Counted from the stretch's first letter, positions 45,925 through 55,998 are shown. The stretch is 64,000 nt of DNA from Candidatus Nomurabacteria bacterium (GCA_943356495.1 CALRFF010000001.1:24957-88956), one strand, 5' to 3'. Made by a program: numbers and translations. Notes: a model not told the origin generated them from the sequence alone.

Positions 45925-47859
45925 ATGCACCAACACATGTATTGGGGCTTTGATATAAAAAATATAGACAAACGCGTCCGGCCACAGGACGACTTTTATA
46001 CGTACGCCAACGGCGCGTGGCTTACAAAGACCGTAATACCGCCCGAGGAATCGCGTTGGGGCTCCTTTACTATATTGCGTTACAAGACAGAGCATCAGCT
46101 CAAAAAAATAGTTACTACCACCAAGCACCCGCTCGTCGCCGGCATGTATCGCTCGGCCAGCGACATGCACACCCGTAACAAGCTCGGTGCAGGACCTATG
46201 GCACCACTACGTATGTTGGTGCGCGATATTAAAACTAAAAAAGATTTGCTGAAGATTCTGGCGCGCCTGCACGTGCTTGGTATCTCCGGCGGCTGGGGCG
46301 CGTTTATTGACCAAGACTCCAAAAACTCTTCGCGCTACCTGCTGCACTTGTGGCAGGGCGGTTTGGGTATGCCCGAGCGCGACTACTACCTGCTTAATAC
46401 GCCCGAGCAAAAGCGCGTGCGCGCCGCATACCTAAAGCACATTGCCGGACTGCTTAAGCTTTTAAAGTTCAGCTCTGCAGGCATCAAACACACTCAGGAC
46501 GTAGTGATGAGGATAGAAACCGCGCTTGCTAAAGCCTCTATGAAAAAAGAGGATACCCGCGACTCCGAAAAGATTTACCACAAACTGTCCGCTGCGCAGC
46601 TGCAGAAGCTCTGCCCTGCGGTTGATTGGAGAGCTTATTTTGTGCACACTCATGCCGCAGGCGTTACAACGCTGATTGTCGGCCAGCCGGAGTTTTTTAA
46701 AGCACTGAGCAAACTACTTAACACTATCCCGCTTGAGGATTGGAAGGTGTATCTGGAATGGCATGTCATCAACGACTCGGCCTCGGCGCTCTCCGCCCCG
46801 TTTATACAAGAAAGTTTTAAGTATATTTCGGCGCTGACCGGACAAAAGAAAATGCGCCCGTTGTGGCGCCGCGCCTTGGGTGCAACCGGTGTCGTGGGCG
46901 AGGCGCTCGGAGCACTGTATATACGGAAGTACTTCCCCCTTGCCTCCAAGCGCACCATGGACGCACTGGTCTCGGACCTGTTTGATGTATACGAAGAGCG
47001 TATTAAAAATCTTGATTGGATGAGCCCCGCCACTAAGCGCAAAGCGGTGTTTAAATTGCGCGCCATGAGCCGTAAAATCGGCCACCCTAAAAAATTTGAA
47101 CGATATACAGGCTTGGCAATAACGCCAGGTGACTACTTCGGCAACATGCTGCGTGCCGAAGAGTGGCATCACCGCAAGCAAATGCGCAAACTTCGAAAAG
47201 GCGTCGACCGCGCCGAGTGGCACATGACCCCGCAGACCGTTAATGCGTACTGCAACTTCAATTTAAACGAAATTGTCTTCCCCGCCGCCATTTTGCAATG
47301 GCCGTTTTTTGACGCCAAAGCCGACATGGCAATTAACTACGCGGGCATCGGTTCGGTTATCGGCCACGAGATGACCCACGGCTTTGACGACCAAGGCTCT
47401 AAATTTGATGCCAAAGGCAACATGAAAAGCTGGTGGACAGCCAAAGACCGCGAACGGTTTATGAAAAAGGCAACACTATTGGTAGCACAATATAACGAGT
47501 TTGAGGCCGCCGAAGGCGTGCACGTTAACGGCCAACTGACTCTGGGAGAAAATATTGCCGATCTTGGGGGCCTAGCTATTGCATGGGATGCCTACCAGAG
47601 ATATCTGGATAAGAAAGGGCGCAAGAGTATAGCGGGCATAACGCCCGAACAGCGGTTCTTTTTAGGTTTTGCCCAGATGGAGCGCGAGCTCTCACGACCG
47701 GAGTTTACTAAAACGCACGCACTAACCGACCCGCACTCGCCCGCTCCGGCCCGCATCAACGGCCCGCTCGCAAACTTTGGTCCGTTTTATACCCACAACA
47801 AAGTACAAAAAGGCGACAAACTCTACCGCGCTCCTGCCAAACGCGCCGAAATTTGGTAA
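45925..47859 (+). CDS. pepO: M13 family metalloendopeptidase (PepO-like)
   Basis: DDFY.YANG.W, VNAY, HEMTH, GENIAD, HSP. Confidence 0.95.
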   Translation: MHQHMYWGFDIKNIDKRVRPQDDFYTYANGAWLTKTVIPPEESRWGSFTILRYKTEHQLKKIVTTTKHPLVAGMYRSASDMHTRNKLGAGPMAPLRMLVRDIKTKKDLLKILARLHVLGISGGWGAFIDQDSKNSSRYLLHLWQGGLGMPERDYYLLNTPEQKRVRAAYLKHIAGLLKLLKFSSAGIKHTQDVVMRIETALAKASMKKEDTRDSEKIYHKLSAAQLQKLCPAVDWRAYFVHTHAAGVTTLIVGQPEFFKALSKLLNTIPLEDWKVYLEWHVINDSASALSAPFIQESFKYISALTGQKKMRPLWRRALGATGVVGEALGALYIRKYFPLASKRTMDALVSDLFDVYEERIKNLDWMSPATKRKAVFKLRAMSRKIGHPKKFERYTGLAITPGDYFGNMLRAEEWHHRKQMRKLRKGVDRAEWHMTPQTVNAYCNFNLNEIVFPAAILQWPFFDAKADMAINYAGIGSVIGHEMTHGFDDQGSKFDAKGNMKSWWTAKDRERFMKKATLLVAQYNEFEAAEGVHVNGQLTLGENIADLGGLAIAWDAYQRYLDKKGRKSIAGITPEQRFFLGFAQMERELSRPEFTKTHALTDPHSPAPARINGPLANFGPFYTHNKVQKGDKLYRAPAKRAEIW

Positions 47860-48528
47860 CTACAGCCACTCGATAGGCTTTTGTCCGTGTACTTTTAAAT
47901 AAGCATTTGTTTTACTAAACGGCTTACTGCCAAAAAAACCGCTGTAGGCAGAGAAAGGCGACGGATGCGGCGACTCCAGACAGAAATGCTTCTCGCGGTC
48001 TATGTGCGCGCCTTTTGCTTTGGCATAGTTGCCCCACAATATAAAAACAAGGCGCTCGCGCTGCTCCGAGAGTGCTTTTATGGCAGCGTCGGTAAACTCC
48101 TCCCAGCCGTGGTTTTGGTGCGAGCCCGCAGTAGCCGCGCGCACCGTAAGCGTGGCGTTTAATAGCAGTACGCCTTGTTTCGCCCAGCGCTCCAAGTCGC
48201 CGTTTCGGTGTGGCAGCTTTTCGTTCAAATCGCTTTCCAATTCTTTGTATATATTTTGGAGCGATGGCGGCAACGCTACACCGTCCCCCACAGCAAAACA
48301 GAGACCATTGGCTTGGCCTGTGCCATGGTACGGGTCTTGACCGAGTATCACTACTTTTACTTTGTTAAACGGGCACAAGTCGAACGCACGAAAGATATTC
48401 TTAGGCGCCGGATACACTGCGCCTTTTTTGTACTCGTCTTTAACAAACGCCGTGAGCGCCGCAAAATACTCTTTGTTAAATTCGTCTTTCAACACTTCCT
48501 TCCAGCTTGGTTCTATCTTGACCTCCAT
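47860..48528 (-). CDS. ung: Uracil-DNA glycosylase family 1
   Basis: GQDPYH, PPSL.NI, LLLN, HPSP. Confidence 0.97.
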   Translation of the reverse strand: MEVKIEPSWKEVLKDEFNKEYFAALTAFVKDEYKKGAVYPAPKNIFRAFDLCPFNKVKVVILGQDPYHGTGQANGLCFAVGDGVALPPSLQNIYKELESDLNEKLPHRNGDLERWAKQGVLLLNATLTVRAATAGSHQNHGWEEFTDAAIKALSEQRERLVFILWGNYAKAKGAHIDREKHFCLESPHPSPFSAYSGFFGSKPFSKTNAYLKVHGQKPIEWL

Positions 48529-48537
48529 GTGGATAGC

Positions 48538-49008
48538 TTACACAACCCCCACTCGTTGCCGCAAGATACCCGACCCGTCGCCTGCCATATGGAACTCTGC
48601 ATCAATACTTTTACCCTCAAGCACGAGCGGCAGCCAATATTTGTCGTCTATCCACATCTTGTCATACGGAATTTCCTCGAGCGCAAACCACTCCGGCGCC
48701 ATCTCCTCGCTCTCAACCGGCTCTCCGGCCCACGCCTCGGCGACAAACACATGCATGGTACGGCTCCAATCGGGCTTACCTTCAAAAGAAAAGTGTATAG
48801 TGCCCACCGGTCGCGCATCCGCTTCTTGCACCACCACTCCAACCTCTTCTAACAACTCGCGCACCGCACCCTGTCGCGGAGTCTCGCCTTCGTCGACCCC
48901 GCCGCCCATGCCGTTGTACTTCCCTGCGCCAAAGCGCACTTTTTTCATAGCAAGCAATATCTTGCTGTTGGCCTTGTCTATTATAAAAATAAGCGTCTCT
49001 TGCTTCAT
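48538..49008 (-). CDS. Nudix hydrolase, MTH1-like 8-oxo-dGTPase
   Basis: Intact Nudix box, KK.RFG.GKYNG.GG, IPYDKMW.DD..WLP. Confidence 0.9.
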   Translation of the reverse strand: MKQETLIFIIDKANSKILLAMKKVRFGAGKYNGMGGGVDEGETPRQGAVRELLEEVGVVVQEADARPVGTIHFSFEGKPDWSRTMHVFVAEAWAGEPVESEEMAPEWFALEEIPYDKMWIDDKYWLPLVLEGKSIDAEFHMAGDGSGILRQRVGVV

Positions 49009-49017
49009 ACAAAGATT

Positions 49018-49308
49018 CTACCGTGCCCTAAAAGCCTCCTCCATAAGCATCTCCATCTTGCGGCTGGGGCCGCCGCGATTATAGTCGCCCACCCCGCCGT
49101 CGCTGCGCACAACACGATGGCACGGTATTGCAGGGTCATAGTTTTTAGCCATAAGCGTCCCAACCGCCCGCGCGGCGTTTTTGTTGCCCGCTTTGCCGGC
49201 CACCTGTTTATAGGTCAGAGTTTTGCCGCTGGGAATCTTGGACACGACCAAATACACCCTTTCGCTGAAAGTTTTTTTAGAAGAGCGGGTTGGTTTTGCC
49301 CTTTTCAT
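49018..49308 (-). CDS. O6-alkylguanine alkyltransferase, single domain (MGMT family)
   Basis: IP.G...TY, AARAVG, PCHRVV active site. Confidence 0.93.
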   Translation of the reverse strand: MKRAKPTRSSKKTFSERVYLVVSKIPSGKTLTYKQVAGKAGNKNAARAVGTLMAKNYDPAIPCHRVVRSDGGVGDYNRGGPSRKMEMLMEEAFRAR

Positions 49309-50062
49309 ACTTTTGCAATGCGGCGCCCGCGGACTCGCGGTAGCGGCAATAATCGCACTCCTCGCCGGCAGGCGGCAACGACTCGCTGTCGAGGCATGCT
49401 TTAAGCCGCACCAAACAATCATCAACCCAATCGGTCGAGCCGGTGTACGGCACCAGTGTTAATTCAAAATCAAGACGTCCGTCAAACGCTTCGCGGTCTT
49501 TGCTCGCGTTAGCATATACCCAATAGCCGGTGTCGTTTACCTCAAACCCGTTTTGCCGCAAGAGCCATTGGTACACCTCGAGCTGGCGCTTATAGCCGCG
49601 ATGCCAGTCTTCATCGAGCGACTCTATCTTTCCGTCTTTGCTGGTCGCTTTGTAGTCTATAACAATAAGCTTGCCGTCTTTGCCGACCCAAATGTCGTCG
49701 ACACCGCCGCGCACGGTAAGGCCGGTTTTTGCATGTACAGTTTTTACCCCGTGGCGCAGCGCGTCGCGCCACTCGTCCATCTTGGCGTGGGCAAACGGTA
49801 CCGCATCAAGCCCGTACTGTGCGGCAAGCGGATACTGCGTGCCGTTTGCACGGTGCGCATCGAGCTCTTTTTTTAGCAGGGCGTCTACCGCCGAGTTGAG
49901 GTTAAACGGAAATCCGGGCGGCCGCGCCACACCCAGCTTGTTGTCGAGGTAAAAGCACCGCTGACACTCCGAAAACAGGTCTATTTTAGAGCGGGACAGA
50001 GTCCATTTAGGACCGCCGTAGTTGTAGTCGGGCTTGCGGTTGGGCTTGTAGAACTGGCTCAT
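49277..50062 (-). CDS. PD-(D/E)XK nuclease (RecB/Cas4-like) with four Cys
   Basis: LS.SK, CQRC, VDD, DYK, QLEVY, CDYC. Confidence 0.88.
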   Translation of the reverse strand: MSQFYKPNRKPDYNYGGPKWTLSRSKIDLFSECQRCFYLDNKLGVARPPGFPFNLNSAVDALLKKELDAHRANGTQYPLAAQYGLDAVPFAHAKMDEWRDALRHGVKTVHAKTGLTVRGGVDDIWVGKDGKLIVIDYKATSKDGKIESLDEDWHRGYKRQLEVYQWLLRQNGFEVNDTGYWVYANASKDREAFDGRLDFELTLVPYTGSTDWVDDCLVRLKACLDSESLPPAGEECDYCRYRESAGAALQKYEKGKTNPLF

Positions 50063-50076
50063 AAGCCAATTCTAAC

Positions 50077-50544
50077 CTATCCGTTGGTTTCCTGATACTT
50101 CGAGCCGTAGCGCACACGCATGGCGCGCTCAACTTTTGCAAGCAAAGAAAAGATGATGACACCCAAGATCGATGCGGCAATAGCAATACCGAAGAAGCCG
50201 AAGCCCACCGCGATACCGACACCCGCCGCCAGCCAAATACCGGTTGCGGTTGTAAGCTCGACCGGATGCTCGCCGCGAAACACCGCGAGACCCGAGCCGA
50301 TAAAGCCGATGCCGATGACGACCGAGCTCGCTATCTGCAGCGGGTTAACGCCGACAAACATATTGAGTTCAAGACTCGCCAAAAGGCCCGCGATCGTGAA
50401 GAGTGCCGAGCCCATCGATACAAGCGCGTACGTGCGCATGCCGGCATGCTTACCCGCGAGCGAACGTTCAAAGCCCAGTACTACGCCAAGGACCGCGGCG
50501 ATAACCAGCCGCCAGACCATATCGGATTCGAGAAAGGGTTGCAT
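50077..50544 (-). CDS. MgtC/SapB family membrane protein
   Basis: G.ER....K.AG.RT, GIGFIG.G, LTTA..IW. Confidence 0.93.
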   Translation of the reverse strand: MQPFLESDMVWRLVIAAVLGVVLGFERSLAGKHAGMRTYALVSMGSALFTIAGLLASLELNMFVGVNPLQIASSVVIGIGFIGSGLAVFRGEHPVELTTATGIWLAAGVGIAVGFGFFGIAIAASILGVIIFSLLAKVERAMRVRYGSKYQETNG

Positions 50545-50566
50545 GCAGGTATTGTACGCCCAAACG

Positions 50567-51241
50567 TTAGTTGGCCGTAAAGGTTACCCACATAGCCTCC
50601 CCGCCTTCGGTCAATACGGCATCAGCCGCAAGAGAGAATTTGCGGTCGCCGTTGTCCTGATGTTTGGTGACAAAGTACGTCTGCCCCGCAACGGTACCGC
50701 GCAATAGCTCTACCGTGCCCGCCTGTCGGTCGGGGAAAAAGAGTGCCGCACCAAGAACATTGCCGGGCTTGCCCGCACGGCTTTCATACACGACCACCCA
50801 AGTAGGTTCAGAGACAATCGCTTTGTTGATAGCAACCGAGGTCCCCGCTTTTTGCGGCGACATCAGGAGCAGGCTCGGGTCGGAGCCTTCAGCGGGAGTA
50901 CCGGTGCCGGTGTTTGCAGTGTTGGTCGACGTGGTCGAGTTAGTAGTTTGCGTAGTCTCAGTAGCAGCGGTGTCAGTCTTGTTCGAAAGCAATGCCGTGC
51001 CGCCCCACGCCAGCACTACGCCCGCGACAATGCCGCCGGCAAGCCAGCCGACTATTTTTGCACTGCTCATGCCGGAGTCGACAGACTCTGCGGGCATAAT
51101 GGGTTTGCCGAGCGGCGCTTCCGGCTTGTGGTGCGTCGGAGCCGGCGCAACCGGCGTCAAAGGCTTTTGCGGGGTCGACCAGCTAAGATTATTTTTATTG
51201 TGATTCGGATTCTGCTGTTGGCCCCCGTTCTGCGTGTTCAT
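50567..51241 (-). CDS. Membrane-anchored hypothetical protein with Thr-rich linker and C-terminal beta domain
   Basis: One TM, T-rich linker, WVVVYE...G.VLGA...DNGD..F. Confidence 0.75.
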   Translation of the reverse strand: MNTQNGGQQQNPNHNKNNLSWSTPQKPLTPVAPAPTHHKPEAPLGKPIMPAESVDSGMSSAKIVGWLAGGIVAGVVLAWGGTALLSNKTDTAATETTQTTNSTTSTNTANTGTGTPAEGSDPSLLLMSPQKAGTSVAINKAIVSEPTWVVVYESRAGKPGNVLGAALFFPDRQAGTVELLRGTVAGQTYFVTKHQDNGDRKFSLAADAVLTEGGEAMWVTFTAN

Positions 51242-51297
51242 AGTGTGTTAGAAAATAAAATAGTAAGAAAAGCAAGACCCACTCGAGTCTGCGCCCA

Positions 51298-52119
51298 TTA
51301 TATAGCGGTACCGGGTACGCACAAGCCCGCGACCTCCTCGAGCACCAGTTGGGCTTTTTTGCCTGAAATACCCGCCGTAGCCATGGCGCGGGTATCGGTC
51401 GTAAGCGAGTTACACAACACTATCCGCTGGCTCAGTAAAGCCATTTTTTCTCGGTTGCTCAAAGTGGTAAGAGCGGTTACGGGGTATAACCCGGCGGCGT
51501 CGATCCGGTCGTGTAGGTTGCGCCCGTGCGGGTACTCCCACCCTAAAAGCTCGAGTCCGCGACAGCTGCCGTACTGTAGCGCCGGCGTCGTAAATTTGGT
51601 GTTGGTAACCACCATGCCGCGGCCGTTGCCTATGTCTTCGATACGGGCCATCACGTAGAGCACCGTTTTAAGGTCGGTTTTAAAACCGGCAGTGTTATGA
51701 AATTTTGCCTCAACGTATACCGTCTCTTCGCCTTTGTCGGTTTTTTTGGACATCACTACGTCGACCTCATGCTCGACGCAGTGCCCTTGGACAATCTGGT
51801 CTACTTTTGTCTTCCATCCTTCAAACTCAAAGAGTTTCGCAAGATAGGTCTCGAAGGGAAACCCCGACGGGCCGAAGTCGAGCACCGCGCGCTTAAGACT
51901 GTAGCGCGCCGCCACCCCTTTTTTATGTTCACGCAACAAAGCAAAGGCACGGCGATATATTTCGCTCGTAGTGGTACCGCTTTTTAACGTCGGCGCAATG
52001 TCGCTCGCAATCTGCTCGGCTGCCGCAGAGTCGGCACCCGCGCGCGCGAGGCTAGAAACTAGTTTACGCTGGTCAAACGGCTCTAGGGTGCCGTCGGATT
52101 TCACTATGAGGATAGACAT
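51298..52119 (-). CDS. ATP-cone plus Mrr-like restriction endonuclease domain protein
   Basis: IVKSDG..EPFD..KL (ATP cone); GFPFE, EVDV, VEAK, VTN..FT. Confidence 0.88.
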   Translation of the reverse strand: MSILIVKSDGTLEPFDQRKLVSSLARAGADSAAAEQIASDIAPTLKSGTTTSEIYRRAFALLREHKKGVAARYSLKRAVLDFGPSGFPFETYLAKLFEFEGWKTKVDQIVQGHCVEHEVDVVMSKKTDKGEETVYVEAKFHNTAGFKTDLKTVLYVMARIEDIGNGRGMVVTNTKFTTPALQYGSCRGLELLGWEYPHGRNLHDRIDAAGLYPVTALTTLSNREKMALLSQRIVLCNSLTTDTRAMATAGISGKKAQLVLEEVAGLCVPGTAI

Positions 52120-53144
52120 GCCTCATCAATAATACCACCACCCATACAGCGGCCGTCGCGGTAAAGCACAACCGACTGCCCCAAAGGCGCGTAGTGCGGT
52201 TCATGCAAAGTCACTTTATGTGCCGCGCGGTCGAGCGTAGCCGGAATTAACTCTTGGCGATAGCGGTAACGTGCCGCATACTCCCCGCTTGGCGCCCCGC
52301 CTATCCAATTAACCTCTGTAAGAGTTAACTCAGTGGCTTTAGCACCTTGGGGAAAGGGGTTTGGTGAGACGGTAATGGTATTAAACTCGCTGTCTTTGCC
52401 AATCACAAAATGCGGTTCGCTGTTGGGACTTTGGTTAGCAAGGGTAAAGCCGTGGCGCTGGCCGAGCACATAGGCAGGTGCGCCTTCGTGGGTGCCTACC
52501 ACTTCTCCCGATTCACTAAGTACATCGCCCGGCACCAACGTTAGCTCACGCTCCAGCATGTCGCCGATCGTAACATCGCCCAAAAAGCACAGCCCTTGGC
52601 TGTCTTTGCGTCCTGCGTTAGGCAAGCCGAACTTTTTGGCGAGCTTGCGCACCTCCGGCTTATGCAAACTCCCGACCGGAAAAAGCGTTTTACGCAACTT
52701 GTGCTCAGGCACCATCCATAAAAAGTAGCTTTGGTCCTTACTGTCGTCGGTGCCGGCAAACAGTTGGCCGTCTTTAGTTTGCGCGTAATGGCCGGTGGCT
52801 ACCTTGTCGGCACCTTGAGCCATGCACCAGTCGTAAAAGACGCCGAACTTTATCTCTCGGTTGCACAGCGCGTCGGGGTTGGGGGTGCGGCCTTTGGCAA
52901 ACTCCGCAATACTCGCTTTAAAAACTTCTTTTCGATATTCCTCCGACAAATCAATCTCTATAAAAGGAATCTTCAGATGCGCCGCCACCCGCTGAGCCTC
53001 AACCTTGTCTTCCCCCGCAGTGCACGGGTACCCGGGGAGCGCGATGCGTATAAAAGCCCCCACGACCTCATACCCCTCTTTTTGCAAAAGAGCCGCCGAC
53101 ACAGCCGAGTCCACGCCCCCCGACAATCCTACGAACACTTTCAT
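52104..53144 (-). CDS. mnmA: tRNA 2-thiouridylase MnmA
   Basis: SGGVDS, TPNPD..CN, ATGHYA, KDQSYFL, DSQGLCF. Confidence 0.98.
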   Translation of the reverse strand: MKVFVGLSGGVDSAVSAALLQKEGYEVVGAFIRIALPGYPCTAGEDKVEAQRVAAHLKIPFIEIDLSEEYRKEVFKASIAEFAKGRTPNPDALCNREIKFGVFYDWCMAQGADKVATGHYAQTKDGQLFAGTDDSKDQSYFLWMVPEHKLRKTLFPVGSLHKPEVRKLAKKFGLPNAGRKDSQGLCFLGDVTIGDMLERELTLVPGDVLSESGEVVGTHEGAPAYVLGQRHGFTLANQSPNSEPHFVIGKDSEFNTITVSPNPFPQGAKATELTLTEVNWIGGAPSGEYAARYRYRQELIPATLDRAAHKVTLHEPHYAPLGQSVVLYRDGRCMGGGIIDEACLSS

Positions 53145-53186
53145 GCCTTTGTTATAGCGCGGTACGGGCGAAAAAGAAATCGGACG

Positions 53187-54203
53187 CTAATTGCCTAGAT
53201 ATTTTCTGGCGTTTGCCTGCTGGCAGGAGTACGTAACGCAGTAGTGGAAGACCCCTTGCTTGTCGGAGAGATAAAACACGTAGTTCGACTTAATAGGCGT
53301 TACCGCGGCGGTAATAGCGCCCAGCCCCGGGTTGGCGATCGGCCCCGGCGGCAACCCTTTGTTGGTGTAGGTGTTGTACGGATGATCGGTACGCAGGTCT
53401 TCGCGCGTCACTTCAAACGTGTTGCGCCCTAAGTAGTACGGAAAGACGGCGTCTACCTGCAGCGGCATGCCGTTAGCAATGCGGCGCCATAATATGCCGG
53501 CAATGGTGCGGCGGCTCTCCATGTCGGCCGCCTCGCGCTCAAGTAACGACGCCATAATAATGACGTCACTGAGCGGCTTGCCGAACTTTGCTATAGAGGT
53601 AGAGGCTGCGGTAATGCGGTTAGTAAAGTTAGTTTGCATGGAATGCAGCAGGACCAGCGGGTCGGAGCCCGGCAGCACAAAGTAGGTGTCGGGGAACAAA
53701 TACCCCTCGTTAGGCTTGCCTTCCTGTATAAATAATTCCGCGTCAAAGTCCGGTACGCGCTTGGCGAGCAGTGCCCCCATTTGTTCGGCGGTTAACCCCT
53801 CGTAAAACACCATACGTACAGGAGTAAGCTCAAAGTCGCCGAAGGCCAGCCGTTCGGCTATTCTCCAGCCGCCCTGTTTGCCGGAAAAAAAATATTCTCC
53901 TGCGTATATCTTTTTGTCATTGCCCATAAAACGCACTAACGCCTCAAACACCGCTACCGAGCGGATAATATGCTTGCTTTTAAGCGTCTCGCCCACCTGC
54001 CGCAAGGTTTGGCCGTCTTTAACCCGCAAGTACGAGCCGGAGGGAAAGTCGAGCGGCGGGCTGAGCGTCACAAAATACAGCAAATAGACAAGCATCCCGA
54101 ACAAAAATGCCATAGGGAGTATCCGGTCGTACGCGCGACACTCCCAGCACGTTTCGTCGCAGACCAAAGCGCCGCGGAATATATGTTTGCGCTCTTTTGT
54201 CAT
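53187..54203 (-). CDS. mltG: Endolytic transglycosylase MltG (start uncertain)
   Basis: EGYLFPDTY, MASLLERE, PYNTY...GLPPGPI.NPG. Confidence 0.95.
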   Translation of the reverse strand: MTKERKHIFRGALVCDETCWECRAYDRILPMAFLFGMLVYLLYFVTLSPPLDFPSGSYLRVKDGQTLRQVGETLKSKHIIRSVAVFEALVRFMGNDKKIYAGEYFFSGKQGGWRIAERLAFGDFELTPVRMVFYEGLTAEQMGALLAKRVPDFDAELFIQEGKPNEGYLFPDTYFVLPGSDPLVLLHSMQTNFTNRITAASTSIAKFGKPLSDVIIMASLLEREAADMESRRTIAGILWRRIANGMPLQVDAVFPYYLGRNTFEVTREDLRTDHPYNTYTNKGLPPGPIANPGLGAITAAVTPIKSNYVFYLSDKQGVFHYCVTYSCQQANARKYLGN

Positions 54204-55591
54204 TAGTGTCCGGGCAGCGTAATCTGCGCGGTCGGCAAGTTGGGCGGCGCTTCGCCCACACGGCTTGCCACGCGCACCAACCCCGGTGTTTTAACCGCCG
54301 CACTCGGGAAGTGCCATATACTGGCCAGCTCCTCGGTGGTCATAGCGACCGGCACTTGGTCATACGGCACATAAAAATAGGCGCGATGCTTGTACCAAAA
54401 AAACATGCGTTTACGCACCATCTTGTGGCGGATATCGTTCCAATCCTGCCAAGGGTAGTCAAAAATGGACATACCCCGCGTTACGTTAATGGTGTTGTAG
54501 TCCGGCGCCCTAAACGGGTCCCACAAACGCACTAAGTTATTGACTTTAGACAGGTCAAATTTTCCTTTCTGTACTATATACATGCCGCGGAAACCGCATT
54601 CGAAAATAAGTTTATTAAAGTTGCGCTCGATAGCCTCGATACGATCTTTTTCGGGGGTAGAAAGTAGCTGCACGCCGCGGCCTGCCGCGGCTTGCTTTTG
54701 CACCGGATCCTCTACGCGGTCTTGCGCGCGTTTTACCGCGTCGTCAAAAATTTTCTTAATAGCAGCCTTCCCGCCTTCTTTATAACTGTCGGCCGTTTTA
54801 TAAAAGCCGTACCATTCGTCCTTCTTGCGCGCTTTCATTACAATTTGAATCCATACATGCTCGTCGGGCCTGATAGACGCCAAAAATTCGAGAATGTTGG
54901 TAATAGGGTCTACCTGCTTTTCGGGTTTGTCGGGGTCTTTGTCGAGCCCCCAGTCGATATACGTTTTAATAGGCACGGCGCCGGGCTGGCTTTTTTCGTA
55001 CTCGGTACCCCACAGGTCGTGTGTCTCGGGGCTATAGCCGGCCTTGGTGACGTAGTCTTCTCGTACTTCAGTAATCTGCGCTTCGGGGAATTGGCCGTAA
55101 ATACGCGCCTCCATAAACTGCTTCCATGCGCGGCGTAGATGGATATAGTAGCCGATGCGCCCGCCGTTGCTTACCAGTTCGAGCGTAGTAACAGCGCGGT
55201 ACTGCCCTTTCCAAATGCGCTGAATAAAGGTGGTTTCAGAACCGTTATTCCAGAGGCCGGTCAATATAACCTCCATTGCCAAAGGCGACTTTTCAACCAC
55301 GGCGGGCAGCTCGATATGCAGCAGCACAAAATCCTGTTTAAACCAAAAAGCATAGCGCAGATAATGTATCCATCGCTTCCAAAACATAATAAACAGCACT
55401 ACCGGCAGCCAGAGCGGAGAGGTAGCGACTAAAGCAGCGAAGGTGCCTGACACCGCGTCCGGGTCGACGCCGAGCGCTACTATCGTTAGAAGCAGCATTG
55501 CGGGGGGCACAACCGCAATCGGCTCTACATGCCAGCCGTCCAACCAACTGCTTATACCTTCGGCCTCATGATGCAGGAACATAGGATGCAT
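54203..55591 (-). CDS. Conserved CPR membrane-anchored hypothetical protein
   Basis: N-terminal TMs; KSP.AME, IYGQFP...I.E..DY, PIKTY, EELAS.WHFP. Confidence 0.75.
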   Translation of the reverse strand: MHPMFLHHEAEGISSWLDGWHVEPIAVVPPAMLLLTIVALGVDPDAVSGTFAALVATSPLWLPVVLFIMFWKRWIHYLRYAFWFKQDFVLLHIELPAVVEKSPLAMEVILTGLWNNGSETTFIQRIWKGQYRAVTTLELVSNGGRIGYYIHLRRAWKQFMEARIYGQFPEAQITEVREDYVTKAGYSPETHDLWGTEYEKSQPGAVPIKTYIDWGLDKDPDKPEKQVDPITNILEFLASIRPDEHVWIQIVMKARKKDEWYGFYKTADSYKEGGKAAIKKIFDDAVKRAQDRVEDPVQKQAAAGRGVQLLSTPEKDRIEAIERNFNKLIFECGFRGMYIVQKGKFDLSKVNNLVRLWDPFRAPDYNTINVTRGMSIFDYPWQDWNDIRHKMVRKRMFFWYKHRAYFYVPYDQVPVAMTTEELASIWHFPSAAVKTPGLVRVASRVGEAPPNLPTAQITLPGH

Positions 55592-55626
55592 CTATTGTAC
55601 GGTATTTTTTGCGGTACACTAGAGCG

Positions 55627-55971
55627 ATGGAGGCTTTTGCGATTGCGCTTGTCACCGACCCTCTGCGGTATATCGCGTATATCTTTGCGCTCTTTGGCGC
55701 CATAGGAACGCTATTATTTATGGCGGGCTTCGGCGGCGGGATTAAATTTATATTTACCTATGCCGAAGACGCGCACCATATGGCGCATGCGCGTGCCCGT
55801 ATTGTGTGGGGTGTGCTTATCTGCATGGTGACGCTCGGGTTGTGGGAAATTGTGCGCGTGGTTATAGGACAAGCACCGCTTGGGTATCTGTGGTTGTCAC
55901 TATTCCTCTTAACTCCGCTGTGGATACCTGCACTTATGAAGCTTGCAAAAGGAGGCGGAGGCGGTCACTAG
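55627..55971 (+). CDS. Small membrane protein, VirB2/TrbC pilin-like
   Basis: TM-GGI.FI....AR..I.WGV-TM pattern. Confidence 0.55.
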   Translation: MEAFAIALVTDPLRYIAYIFALFGAIGTLLFMAGFGGGIKFIFTYAEDAHHMAHARARIVWGVLICMVTLGLWEIVRVVIGQAPLGYLWLSLFLLTPLWIPALMKLAKGGGGGH

Positions 55972-55972
55972 T

Positions 55973-55998
55973 AAAAAACTCCCCGAAGGGAGTTTTTT
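55973..55998. terminator. Bidirectional terminator
   Basis: AAAAAACTCCC-CGAA-GGGAGTTTTTT. Confidence 0.88.

Noticed and set aside
49277-50062. Cas4 / CRISPR system
   Set aside because: No repeat-spacer array or other cas genes in the window
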